Assembly (NCBI GenBank): GCA_965367815.1
Contig: CBDUKN010000027.1
Span: forward strand, 1 to 30,600
DNA from: an uncultured Thermoprotei archaeon
GTDB taxonomy: Archaea; Thermoproteota; Thermoprotei; Thermofilales; B15-G2
Reading direction: 5' to 3'
Length of the DNA stretch: 30,600 nt
This document shows, piece after piece, positions 1 to 7,657 of the stretch. The notes under the pieces were generated by a model. That model saw only the letters and a list, made by a program, of their open reading frames with translations. It was not told the origin of the DNA and searched no databases. The position numbers and the translations under genes were made by a program. Each line of letters begins with the position of its first letter. The stretch's first letter is position 1.

Positions 1-761
1 CTTAAGGTACCGCTTTTAAAAAGCATTGAAAAAGCCTCGCCACTATCACTGACCCCAATTAAAGCAATTAAATTCCTAGCACCAATATCAATACCTGCCA
101 CACCCTTTCCCTGAAGCCTCGGAACACTCAACTTTACTAAAAAAACAAAATACCATTTACCGTTTCTCTGAAAAATCTCTGCCCTATTTTTACTAAGACA
201 TCTTTCTCCTAAAATCAAGAAATTGTCTACAAGACAATGTCTTAGTTCTATGATAGGATACTTTAGTCCTCTTATATAGAAAACTAGTCCTTCATCGAGT
301 CTAGGTAGCCAATTAACTTTCCCTCTAACCTTTAATGAGATCCATTTCCTATTAACTCTAATTTCAATTTTCTCAGCAATCCATTCATTATCCTTTCTCT
401 TAGCGTAAACCCTGTATTGCTCATTATGTAAGACAATAGGAATATTCTTGAACTTCGGTGGCTTAGCCTTGTAGCCGTGTTTCCTCGACTCGATGTAAGC
501 TCTCCAAGCCTCAATAACTTTTTTGGCAGTTTCGTTGGCAATAGTACTAGGTGCACTGTGTCTTCTAAGAACTTTATAAACATCCACTAACTCTGGAAGC
601 CTATTTTCCCGCAAGTAATACTGTTTAATGAAATTACTCACTAACTTAAAGCATTTCTCGAATTCACTTTGAAGGTTCCTTAACAATTTCTCTGCTTCCT
701 CATTTACTTCTATTCTAAGAATATTTGTTCTAACTAATTGAACAAACTCCTCCCGCCTCAC
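1..761 (-). CDS. tnpB: TnpB-family RNA-guided endonuclease (IS200/IS605, IS1341-type), 5' part only; runs off the window start
   Basis: Hand translation from GTG at 761 (preceded by GGGGGTG SD-like) is open to position 1: MRREEFVQLVRTNILRIEVNEEAEKLL...KKVIEAWRAYIESRKHGYKAKPPKFK...FQRNGKWYFVFLVKLSVPRLQGKGVAGIDIGARNLIAL. It shows the RuvC-I motif AGIDIG, the 'GKWY' wedge strand and the 'KPPKFK' motif typical of TnpB. Absent from the ORF track because there is no stop in the window. Confidence 0.9.
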   Translation of the reverse strand, partial: MRREEFVQLVRTNILRIEVNEEAEKLLRNLQSEFEKCFKLVSNFIKQYYLRENRLPELVDVYKVLRRHSAPSTIANETAKKVIEAWRAYIESRKHGYKAKPPKFKNIPIVLHNEQYRVYAKRKDNEWIAEKIEIRVNRKWISLKVRGKVNWLPRLDEGLVFYIRGLKYPIIELRHCLVDNFLILGERCLSKNRAEIFQRNGKWYFVFLVKLSVPRLQGKGVAGIDIGARNLIALIGVSDSGEAFSMLFKSGTL

Positions 762-767
762 AGAACA

Positions 768-826
768 CCCCCCATCTCCCTCATATCATAGTGGAGGGGG
801 GCGTCCTGCAGGGCGGGAGGATTTCT
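768..826 (-). mobile_element. Candidate IS200/IS605 left-end hairpin region upstream of tnpB
   Basis: Hairpin CGTCC-TGCA-GGGCG (802-815) within GAAATCCTCCCGCCCTGCAGGACG on the minus strand, which resembles archaeal IS605 subterminal hairpins as I recall them. A second stem (C6 768-773 / G6 796-801) covers the tnpB SD. No tnpA is seen upstream. Confidence 0.45.
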
Positions 827-919
827 GAAACACTTTAACGTCAATTACTCTAATTAAGCCTATATCTCACCAGAATATTTCTGATAAAACACTGTATTTT
901 ACTAGATTGATGTTTACTT

Positions 920-1270
920 AATACCCTGAAAGGGTAACCCGCCTGACCCCCCGAGGGGGTCGTAACACTTGTCGCACTCGTAGCCCCCCGCCCTCTCACG
1001 GGTCAAGGGCATTCTCTCCCCCGAGACTCATCGCGCCCGCTCGTCTCAGGGAACCCCTCATCGCCTAAGGGGGCTCGGGACACCCCCCTACCCCCATCGC
1101 AGTTAGCGGGGGTAGGGGGATAGGAGAGAGTAAAAAAGAGAAAGTAAACTGTTTGGGGGCTCCCTTAATATCTTGGGACTTGAGACATTCCCTCTAAAAG
1201 CCTCATCCCTCCTATTCTTCACAGGTCGGCGTCACCGAAGGTAGCCATTAAGCTACCCTCAGGTCATCCA
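920..1270 (-). ncRNA. Candidate structured ncRNA with K-turn/K-loop hairpins
   Basis: GC-rich island in AT-rich DNA with no ORF. Successive stems at 922-935, 945-961, 990-1010, 1019-1051, 1051-1076 and 1083-1119, and small stems near 1226-1257. On the minus strand 1019-1051 reads cccugagac-GA-gc(gggc)gc-GAU-GA-gucucggg, a consensus K-turn. TATA-like sequence near 1296-1303. Boundaries approximate. Confidence 0.6.
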
Positions 1271-1307
1271 ACTAAATAATTATATTTCTCGAAAAATATA
1301 TATTTAT

Positions 1308-1958
1308 GTGTACTTAGTCGTACAAATTCCTTTAATAAGAAAAATTGGGGCACTCGGATACCAGCATAAACCCTACGCTGTCTTCTTTATGGGTGAAAAA
1401 CCAGTAGCTCTTTTCCACCTAGAAAGAAATCTTTCACTCAAAAATACTCTACTCTTAACTGAAGTAAAGTACCTTGACTTAAATAGAGCTGTAAAAGTAT
1501 CTGAAATAATCGTTCCCTGCGGGCTAAAGCCAAGTAAATCCAAGCGCTTTAACTTAGTCTACAGGAAATTCGGTAAAGCAGTACCAGTACCAGAACACTT
1601 AATCAAAACCACTTTCCCGCTCAAAGTCTACGAGAAAAAAGAACTAGACTTCGCCTACAGAACACTAAAAACATACCTACTGCTCAAAAGAGACTCTGAG
1701 CTATTCATAAGAAAGAAAATAGTAGCAGTAAAATATAAGCCAAGAAAAGGCAAAACAAAATATCATATATATGTAAAAGGAAAAGGATTAATCAAAGTAA
1801 CACAAAAACCAGTACAACCATACTGCACAAACTACCCATACCGAGAACCAGACCACATATGCATTCAAGGAACATTAAAAACAATAGCAAAACAATACTG
1901 GAACACACTAGAAACACTACACAAATACACAACAAAAACGATAACACAAATCCAATAA
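1308..1958 (+). CDS. Hypothetical highly basic (Lys-rich) protein
   Basis: 216-aa ORF with a TATA-like AT tract upstream; no family recognised. Confidence 0.7.
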   Translation: MYLVVQIPLIRKIGALGYQHKPYAVFFMGEKPVALFHLERNLSLKNTLLLTEVKYLDLNRAVKVSEIIVPCGLKPSKSKRFNLVYRKFGKAVPVPEHLIKTTFPLKVYEKKELDFAYRTLKTYLLLKRDSELFIRKKIVAVKYKPRKGKTKYHIYVKGKGLIKVTQKPVQPYCTNYPYREPDHICIQGTLKTIAKQYWNTLETLHKYTTKTITQIQ

Positions 1959-2093
1959 AACTAAACAAATTTTACTTTTAGTCGAACGTGTCTCTGAGCA
2001 GACGTACTTGTTCTTCTTTCACACTTCTGAGTTAAACAAGTTACTTTTATTCAAGTAAAATAAGCCTTAAATAATTAAGCATAGAGTAGTATA

Positions 2094-2256
2094 CTGGGAA
2101 TGAAGGGGCTGGCAGCAGACCCGGGTGGGGGAATGAAGCGCCAAAAAGAAACCCCTGACCCGATGAACCCCCCGAAGCCCGTGAAGCCCGCTCAGGCGCG
2201 CTTCACGGGGGGCACGGGTCCAAGACCTGCCCGTGTCCCATTAAATGAGGGGGTGA
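2094..2256 (+). ncRNA. Candidate structured ncRNA with two box C/D-like K-turns and two strong hairpins
   Basis: TATA TTAAATA at 2067-2073. K-turn-like cuggg-AAU-GA...GA-cccgg (2094-2124) and ggg-AAU-GA...CUGA-ccc (2129-2161). Perfect 10-bp stem CCCGTGAAGC/GCTTCACGGG (2178-2209) and a further stem at 2210-2238. GC-rich island. Confidence 0.6.
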
Positions 2257-2839
2257 TTAAGTACTCGTTCTTTTTAACTTTACTTAGTTCAACTATTTCT
2301 CTAATATATTTCTCTAAGTTCTTTTCTTTCTTTAGGTCTGAGAGAAACATATTAAATGAAATTGGAGAAACATCAGTAGCGTCAAAAACACAGACATATT
2401 TTCTAAAACAAGGCTTTAGTCCAAGAAGCCACGTCTTGAATCCATAAGTTCTAGCTACTTCAAGAAAACGTGTAAGCGAATAGTCTCTAAGCTCGCTGCG
2501 GTTCGGGAACCCTAAGTAAAGCTCAACTACATCACTAAGCCTAAGCACAAAACCGAGTTCGCTTAAAGAATGTAAAGGATAAATCCATATAACATCAAGG
2601 CACTTAACAAAACTAGGAATCCTGTAAAAGTAGTCTGGATAAACAGCAATTTTAACCCTCTTTCTAAGCCTCAAAAGCTTTCTAAAATACTTCCTATACT
2701 CTCCTCCCATCAATAAGCTCTTATCATCAAAGAAAGAAGGATAAATAATGACATCATAGCCCCTGAGCCTCTCCTCAAGAACTCTAAGCACAAACCTCGG
2801 GTGCTCACCTAAACCCACCTTCATCAATTCTCTCTGCAA
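2192..2839 (-). CDS. Divergent tRNA-guanine transglycosylase-superfamily (DUF6610/DpdA-like) protein
   Basis: Motif order SFFDD...IAVYPD...WIYPLH...YLGFP...KTWLLG...DATDVS parallels the TGT-like barrel motifs (AVxxD, vpVxH, HLLG, DSxD). The real start may be MKVGL. Confidence 0.5.
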   Translation of the reverse strand: MQRELMKVGLGEHPRFVLRVLEERLRGYDVIIYPSFFDDKSLLMGGEYRKYFRKLLRLRKRVKIAVYPDYFYRIPSFVKCLDVIWIYPLHSLSELGFVLRLSDVVELYLGFPNRSELRDYSLTRFLEVARTYGFKTWLLGLKPCFRKYVCVFDATDVSPISFNMFLSDLKKEKNLEKYIREIVELSKVKKNEYLITPSFNGTRAGLGPVPPVKRA

Positions 2840-2986
2840 AACTCTGCTTCATCAACTCCACGCTAGAGTACACCGAAACTTCTCGTAAAAAACCGAAACT
2901 ATCCCATATTAGACTAAAAACAAATATATATCTCAAGAAAAACAAAACTTAAATACTCCCTTGCACACAAAACAAAATGTGGGAAA

Positions 2987-3334
2987 ATGGAGAAGGCAAG
3001 CCCCTGCATAGTCTTTTACGAAATAGAGAGTTTCAGAGAAAATATTGATGAAAGAAAGTATATTATGTTTGAAGTAAAATACTGGCTACACGAAATAAGA
3101 CTAACAATAACATACAGAATTTACGGATTCGATAAAAACGACTATGTAATAGTCTTCGAAAAAACAGAAAAAATAGACATAAACGATATTCTCGAAAAAT
3201 ACCCTAACGAAACCTTCAATCAAGCACTAGTAAAAACAATAAAAGAAAAAGTCAAAGAATTCCAACAATTAGTCAAAATATATTTCCCTAAAGCAGAACC
3301 CGGAAGAATATGCTACCTTAAAGAACTAAAATAA
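2987..3334 (+). CDS. Hypothetical protein
   Basis: 115-aa ORF with a TATA-like TTAAATA upstream. Confidence 0.7.
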   Translation: MEKASPCIVFYEIESFRENIDERKYIMFEVKYWLHEIRLTITYRIYGFDKNDYVIVFEKTEKIDINDILEKYPNETFNQALVKTIKEKVKEFQQLVKIYFPKAEPGRICYLKELK

Positions 3335-3343
3335 AACTCTAGT

Positions 3344-3694
3344 TTAATTCTTTACCTCAACTATTTTCGGCATCTTTCTAGACTTTTTCATTAAATAATC
3401 TAATTCAATAATCTTGTACGATAAAACAAATGAAAAAAGCAGTATAGGAAAAACCATCCACATCTTAAATAAAATAATAGCGGAAAGAGTAGTAGAAGAC
3501 AAAAAACACGTGGCAAGAAACAAGAAAACAAGAAAGCTTTCTTCATGAAAACGCTTCAAAACATAGTATAGAAGAAACGGAACAACATAGCCTAGTAAAA
3601 CTAAAAGAGAGTAAACATAGTAGGAAAGAAAACAGCACAAGATACAGAGAGTACATGCAGTTGATTCGACTAAAGCAAGCCAATTAATCTTCAC
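3344..3694 (-). CDS. Small multi-pass membrane protein
   Basis: 116 aa, about 4 hydrophobic segments, basic C-terminal tail. Confidence 0.7.
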   Translation of the reverse strand: MKINWLALVESTACTLCILCCFLSYYVYSLLVLLGYVVPFLLYYVLKRFHEESFLVFLFLATCFLSSTTLSAIILFKMWMVFPILLFSFVLSYKIIELDYLMKKSRKMPKIVEVKN

Positions 3695-3716
3695 AACATA
3701 GAAACCTCACTGAAAG

Positions 3717-3748
3717 CAAATAAGCATTAAAAAGAACTCTGAAACTAT
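3717..3748 (-). promoter_or_regulatory. Repeated 32-bp promoter cassette, copy 1
   Basis: CAAATAAGCATTAAAAAGAACTCTGAAACTAT, 27/32 identical to 4470-4501; lies about 23 nt upstream of the GTG at 3694. Confidence 0.65.
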
Positions 3749-3751
3749 CTA

Positions 3752-4445
3752 CTAAATACCATATTTCTCAAACACTCTCTTAATAGCATGCTCCAATACC
3801 TCTCTCGGCACATTCTCATCTAAAGCCCTCTTAGCCAAAAGAATACTCTCGCATATAGCGTCCTGAAGCTGCAAGTAGTCTCTATTCAATTTAAGCACAT
3901 CAATTAGCTCCTCTCTAGCACTAAGGAGAACACTCACAATAACCCCGACTATTTCCTTAAACTCGCTTTCACTAAGCCTATTATGGTTTTCACATAGATA
4001 GTCAAGTAAAGAACCAAGTTTACGTCCAATATCTTCATTTAAACTAGGTTCTACAAATTGTTTAAAGTCTTCTCTAGCACTACTAAGCTCCCACTCCACA
4101 TCCTCTCCGAAAAAGCTGCTTCGAGAGCAGCCACAACATCTCTAATAGCACCTACAGCCTCGATAAATCTATCATAGTCCTCGTAGTGAACACACGTCCT
4201 AGTCATATTAAGAAGATATGTCAAGTACTTAGCATAGTACTTCTCTCTCTTCTTAACACAATTCTCGATTCTTTTAAGAACTTCTTTTTCAACACTAGAA
4301 GCCTTCTCCTTAAGCCTACTAATAGTCTCTAAGACAAAATCCTCGGAAACTCTGCTATCAAAGAAATCGACAAGAACCTTAGCCAAAGAATTAACATCAC
4401 TGATATCTAGTCCCGAAAAACAACTCTGTACTTACAAATCAACAT
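3752..4445 (-). pseudogene. Single ~231-aa alpha-helical hypothetical gene split by two single-base deletions (ORF-track pieces 3752-4099 and 4051-4386)
   Basis: Adding one base in each A5 run (4110-4114 and 4416-4420) gives one frame from ATG 4445: MLICKYRVVFSGLDISDVNSLAKVL...AAFFGEDVEWELSS... Confidence 0.6.
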
Positions 4446-4469
4446 ACCACAAAAATCATTCCACAAAAA

Positions 4470-4501
4470 CAAATAAACATTAAAAAGAAAAACGAAACTA
4501 T
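4470..4501 (-). promoter_or_regulatory. Repeated 32-bp promoter cassette, copy 2
   Basis: CAAATAAACATTAAAAAGAAAAACGAAACTAT, about 25 nt upstream of ATG 4445. Confidence 0.65.
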
Positions 4502-4804
4502 TTACCCATACACTTGCGTATCTTCCTCATACACTAATGTCTCTTCTCCGTCTTCCTCGCCTTCCTTGACTTCAACTATCATAGGCCTATACTCCTGTTC
4601 TTTTACGCTCTCTTTACGGTACTCTTCCTCAATTATACTAAGACTTTGCTTTACTTCACTTAAAGTTTTCTGAGGAAATAGTGAAGCGTAGCCCGGTATA
4701 GAAAGCATGAACTTAATTAGCGCTGGAGAAGCTAAAAGGTATAAAGCAAAAAAACAAACACACCAAAGAATTCGCAATAGACGTTGCTTATGCATACTCA
4801 CCAC
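4502..4804 (-). CDS. Small membrane-anchored protein with acidic tail
   Basis: N-terminal hydrophobic helix and Glu-rich C-terminus. Confidence 0.65.
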   Translation of the reverse strand: MVSMHKQRLLRILWCVCFFALYLLASPALIKFMLSIPGYASLFPQKTLSEVKQSLSIIEEEYRKESVKEQEYRPMIVEVKEGEEDGEETLVYEEDTQVYG

Positions 4805-4819
4805 AAAAGAAAACAGAAA

Positions 4820-5029
4820 CTATTTACTTCCACGTTTATCTTCTTTAGTGTCTTCTTTAGTTTTCTTTTCAGCAGAGTTCAGTAGCTCGGTTACAACAAT
4901 AATCTGTCCTATGAGCGTTAGCACGTCAAAGTATGGATTAAGCATAAGGTCGCGCCACCAGTACACTGGAACCCATTTGTTCTTTATGCCATCCCACATG
5001 TAGGGCAGGTATTTTTGTCGGCGTTTCAT
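4820..5029 (-). CDS. Hypothetical small protein
   Basis: 69-aa ORF co-oriented with neighbours, with a charged tail. Confidence 0.45.
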   Translation of the reverse strand: MKRRQKYLPYMWDGIKNKWVPVYWWRDLMLNPYFDVLTLIGQIIVVTELLNSAEKKTKEDTKEDKRGSK

Positions 5030-5228
5030 AGGAGTATGGGTAAATGAAGAACTATACGAAAATTTATTAGACTTAGTTCGCGAAAAAGTTTGCAGACTTA
5101 TCGGATGCTGTTAAATATATTTTAAGACTTTATTTTGAGCAAGAACCTTTTCTCGAAAGACTAGAAGAAGAATTAGCTGAAATAAAAAAGAACTAAAGGA
5201 CATAAAGAGGCTTCTCGAAGAAAAATAA
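5015..5228 (+). pseudogene. Frameshifted ribbon-helix-helix (CopG/Arc) regulator with coiled-coil tail
   Basis: Pieces in different frames join to FIGVWVNEELYENLLDLVREK-FADLSDAVKYILRLYFEQEPFLERLEEELAEIKK-ELKDIKRLLEEK*. The shifts fall at A runs 5083-5087 and 5184-5189. Confidence 0.55.
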
Positions 5229-5239
5229 TTTAAAGTTTA

Positions 5240-6472
5240 GTGAATGAAAATATATGTATGTATGATGTAGTTGTTGTCGGAGCCGGGCCAGCTGGCTCAA
5301 CTGCTTCTTTTCTCTTAGCCAAAAAGGGTTTCCGCATACTTCTCTTAGAGAAATACAGTTTTCCTAGAAGAAAGCCGTGTGCTGCTGGGCTATCAAAGTA
5401 TTCTCTAAAACTTCTTAGAGAACTCGAACTCTACTCTAAAGAATATATTGTCCACGAGGTAAGTAAATCAAAAGTAGTCTTCCATGTTATAGGAGAAGAA
5501 TTCGCTTTAAGCGCTGGAGGAGAAATGACTACTAGAGAACTATTCGACACATATCTAGCTAGGAGAGCGCAGAATACTGGAGTAAAATTACATGAAAAAG
5601 AGTCTGTGCAAAAAATACTTGTTAAAGAAGACTACGCTGAGGTACACACGAATAAAGCAGCTTACCGCTGCAAAGCAGTAGTCTTGGCGTGTGGTCAGCC
5701 AAATAGACTGGGAGTAGGTATAGGAGTAAAGCCGGAGTACAATAAAGCAGTAGCATTCGAGTTCGATGCTCCTCTTCCAGAAAACTACGACCCTGAAATG
5801 ACTTCATTTTACTTCGCTTTAGACAAAGACTTCTACGGATACTTCTGGATATTCCCTAAAGGAGAATACGCCAACTATGGTGTAGGCACGTGGATAAGTA
5901 CAGTTGAGAGAATGAAAAGAAAGTACGGAAATCTCTACAAGTGGATAGAGCATATTGTGGAGGAAACAGGGCTGAAAATACCTGAGTTAAAGCACTGCTT
6001 CAAGAACATTAAGGGAGGTATTGTACCTGTTTACTGGGGAGCCAGGCCAGAAGATCTAGTAGCTGACCGTGTCTTAGCGGTAGGTGATGCTGCTACACTA
6101 GTATCTTATACTGGGGAAGGAATATGTTATGCACTTAAGTCTGCTCAAATAGCTGCCAGTGCGCTTGAAAAACTACTTGAGGAAAATAGGCTGGAGAAAA
6201 GCGATTTGCTGAGAGAGTACGGGGCGGTGCTGAAGAAAGAAATCTTAGATGAGCTGAGCGTGACTCCTCAAATAGATTTGGCTATGCGGAAATTGCTGAA
6301 AACTACAGTAAAGCTTCTTAAAGAAGACTCTGAGGCTAGAGAACTTTTAGCTAAAATGATAGAACACTCAATAAGTCATAAAGAGTACTACAGTAAAATG
6401 AAGAAAAAACTGCTGAAAATAAAGTTTATTGGCTCCGCAGTACTGGAATACTTGCACCCAAGTACTCCCTAA
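5240..6472 (+). CDS. Geranylgeranyl reductase family FAD-dependent oxidoreductase
   Basis: YDVVVVGAGPAGS FAD motif, FPRRKPCAAG, RELFDTYLA, GYFWIFPKG (YxWxFP), VGDAA...GEGI. Confidence 0.93.
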   Translation: MNENICMYDVVVVGAGPAGSTASFLLAKKGFRILLLEKYSFPRRKPCAAGLSKYSLKLLRELELYSKEYIVHEVSKSKVVFHVIGEEFALSAGGEMTTRELFDTYLARRAQNTGVKLHEKESVQKILVKEDYAEVHTNKAAYRCKAVVLACGQPNRLGVGIGVKPEYNKAVAFEFDAPLPENYDPEMTSFYFALDKDFYGYFWIFPKGEYANYGVGTWISTVERMKRKYGNLYKWIEHIVEETGLKIPELKHCFKNIKGGIVPVYWGARPEDLVADRVLAVGDAATLVSYTGEGICYALKSAQIAASALEKLLEENRLEKSDLLREYGAVLKKEILDELSVTPQIDLAMRKLLKTTVKLLKEDSEARELLAKMIEHSISHKEYYSKMKKKLLKIKFIGSAVLEYLHPSTP

Positions 6473-7130
6473 GAAACTTAGCGCTGTCCTCTAAACTCAC
6501 TGTTTTGAAAAACCAAGGAGCGTTTTTCTCTATTACCTCTACAGCTTTCTCTACAGGTACTCTGCGCCAAACATAGAACCCTATCAAGCCTTCTTCTCCT
6601 TCTAGAGGACGCCACACGCTCCACCACAGATTATCGATATTGAGCATTTTGAATCCCATTTGTGCCGCTGCTTCGTAAGCCCCCGACGTAAAGTAGAATA
6701 AATTAACGCCTTTCATTGACACAACTCCCTTGATAAAGTAGTCTTTCTCCGGGTCTGGTTTAAGCACACCCTTAATTAATACACCTTTCTCTGCCTCAAT
6801 AATCTCTGTCTCTAAAGTAGGTAAGTGTCCTGCAAAAAGATACCAAGCTAGCCTGCCGTATAAAGACATGCCTCTAGCTACTTTGCAGGGCTCTTGGTTT
6901 CGTGGATGTATTTTCTCGAGATCCTCGGGCTTCGCTAGCTGAGCCATGCATCTGCTACCGATCCATGCACCATATTTATGTAGCTCTTTGTTAATTTCGT
7001 CTGGTGAAGAAAGTCTTCCCTGGACTTCCGCAAGAAACATTGTGAAAAGAAGTTTTGCTATAAGAACGTGTACTGTCGGAGCAAATTTCTTTTGAAGCTT
7101 CGCTGCGAGCTCGACAACAAGTTCCTTCAT
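6426..7130 (-). CDS. Bet3/TRAPP-like V4R-fold protein
   Basis: DEINKELHKYGAWIGSR matches Bet3 EDVNKQLDKMGFNIGVR; AWYLFAGHLP matches AFKMYLGITP; FTSGAYEAAAQM matches LLCGVLRGALEM (recalled sequence). Confidence 0.65.
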   Translation of the reverse strand: MKELVVELAAKLQKKFAPTVHVLIAKLLFTMFLAEVQGRLSSPDEINKELHKYGAWIGSRCMAQLAKPEDLEKIHPRNQEPCKVARGMSLYGRLAWYLFAGHLPTLETEIIEAEKGVLIKGVLKPDPEKDYFIKGVVSMKGVNLFYFTSGAYEAAAQMGFKMLNIDNLWWSVWRPLEGEEGLIGFYVWRRVPVEKAVEVIEKNAPWFFKTVSLEDSAKFLREYLGASIPVLRSQ

Positions 7131-7567
7131 ATCACCACCTCTTTAAGTTCCTTAAGATACTTCTCTGAAAAAAGCTTCTCGAGAATCGCTTTAACCTGAC
7201 CATAGCTTACACCTAGTGCTTCCGCGATTTCTCTTGCTGAAGTCTCTCCATCACATCTCGAAAGCACAGCTAATTCTTCGTTTGATAGCTTATTCAGAGA
7301 AGGCATTTTATCCCTCGAATTAGGCACAGGCACAATATCGAATTTAAGGAAAAGCGGTTTATCGCTCTTAAAGAGAGGTGTAGTCTCGATACCTCGTATA
7401 TCTCCGCTCTCATCTATGTAAACTAACAGTACGTGGTCTTCGTGGTGAAAAGCAAGACTATATATTCCAGAAAACCTCGCTTTTTTCTTAGCTACTTCTA
7501 CTGCCTCTCTATCTATAATAATCTTGCTCCTGCATTCGGGGCAAACGATTTTCTTTGCAGTCAACAT
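7127..7567 (-). CDS. Zn-binding (CxxC...HxxH) domain fused to winged helix-turn-helix
   Basis: CPEC...HHEDHVLLVYIDESGDIRGIE, then CDGETSAREIAEALGVSYGQVKAILEKL; 4-bp overlap with the downstream gene. Confidence 0.75.
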   Translation of the reverse strand: MLTAKKIVCPECRSKIIIDREAVEVAKKKARFSGIYSLAFHHEDHVLLVYIDESGDIRGIETTPLFKSDKPLFLKFDIVPVPNSRDKMPSLNKLSNEELAVLSRCDGETSAREIAEALGVSYGQVKAILEKLFSEKYLKELKEVVI

Positions 7568-7657
7568 ACACTAGACATCCCACTCGAAAGTATAAATAAT
7601 TTATTTACATCGGGAACGCAAACAGAAAATAATATAGTTTTCTCGAACAAAAATAAT

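Noticed and set aside
332-583. 83-aa minus-strand ORF
   Set aside because: Alternative frame inside the tnpB coding sequence
920-2256. tRNA, SRP RNA or RNase P RNA as identity of the GC islands
   Set aside because: No T-loop/cloverleaf, SRP helix 8 or RNase P P4 consensus found
2100-2447. 115-aa plus-strand ORF
   Set aside because: Antisense to 2192-2839; its GC-rich start is better explained by RNA structure
7127-7567. TFB3-like activator of ups/ced
   Set aside because: Lacks the second CxxC of the TFB Zn ribbon and has a wHTH instead of a coiled coil
7433-7657. N-terminal extension of the VirB4-like ORF
   Set aside because: Overlaps the divergent gene and promoter; ATG 7658 is more plausible
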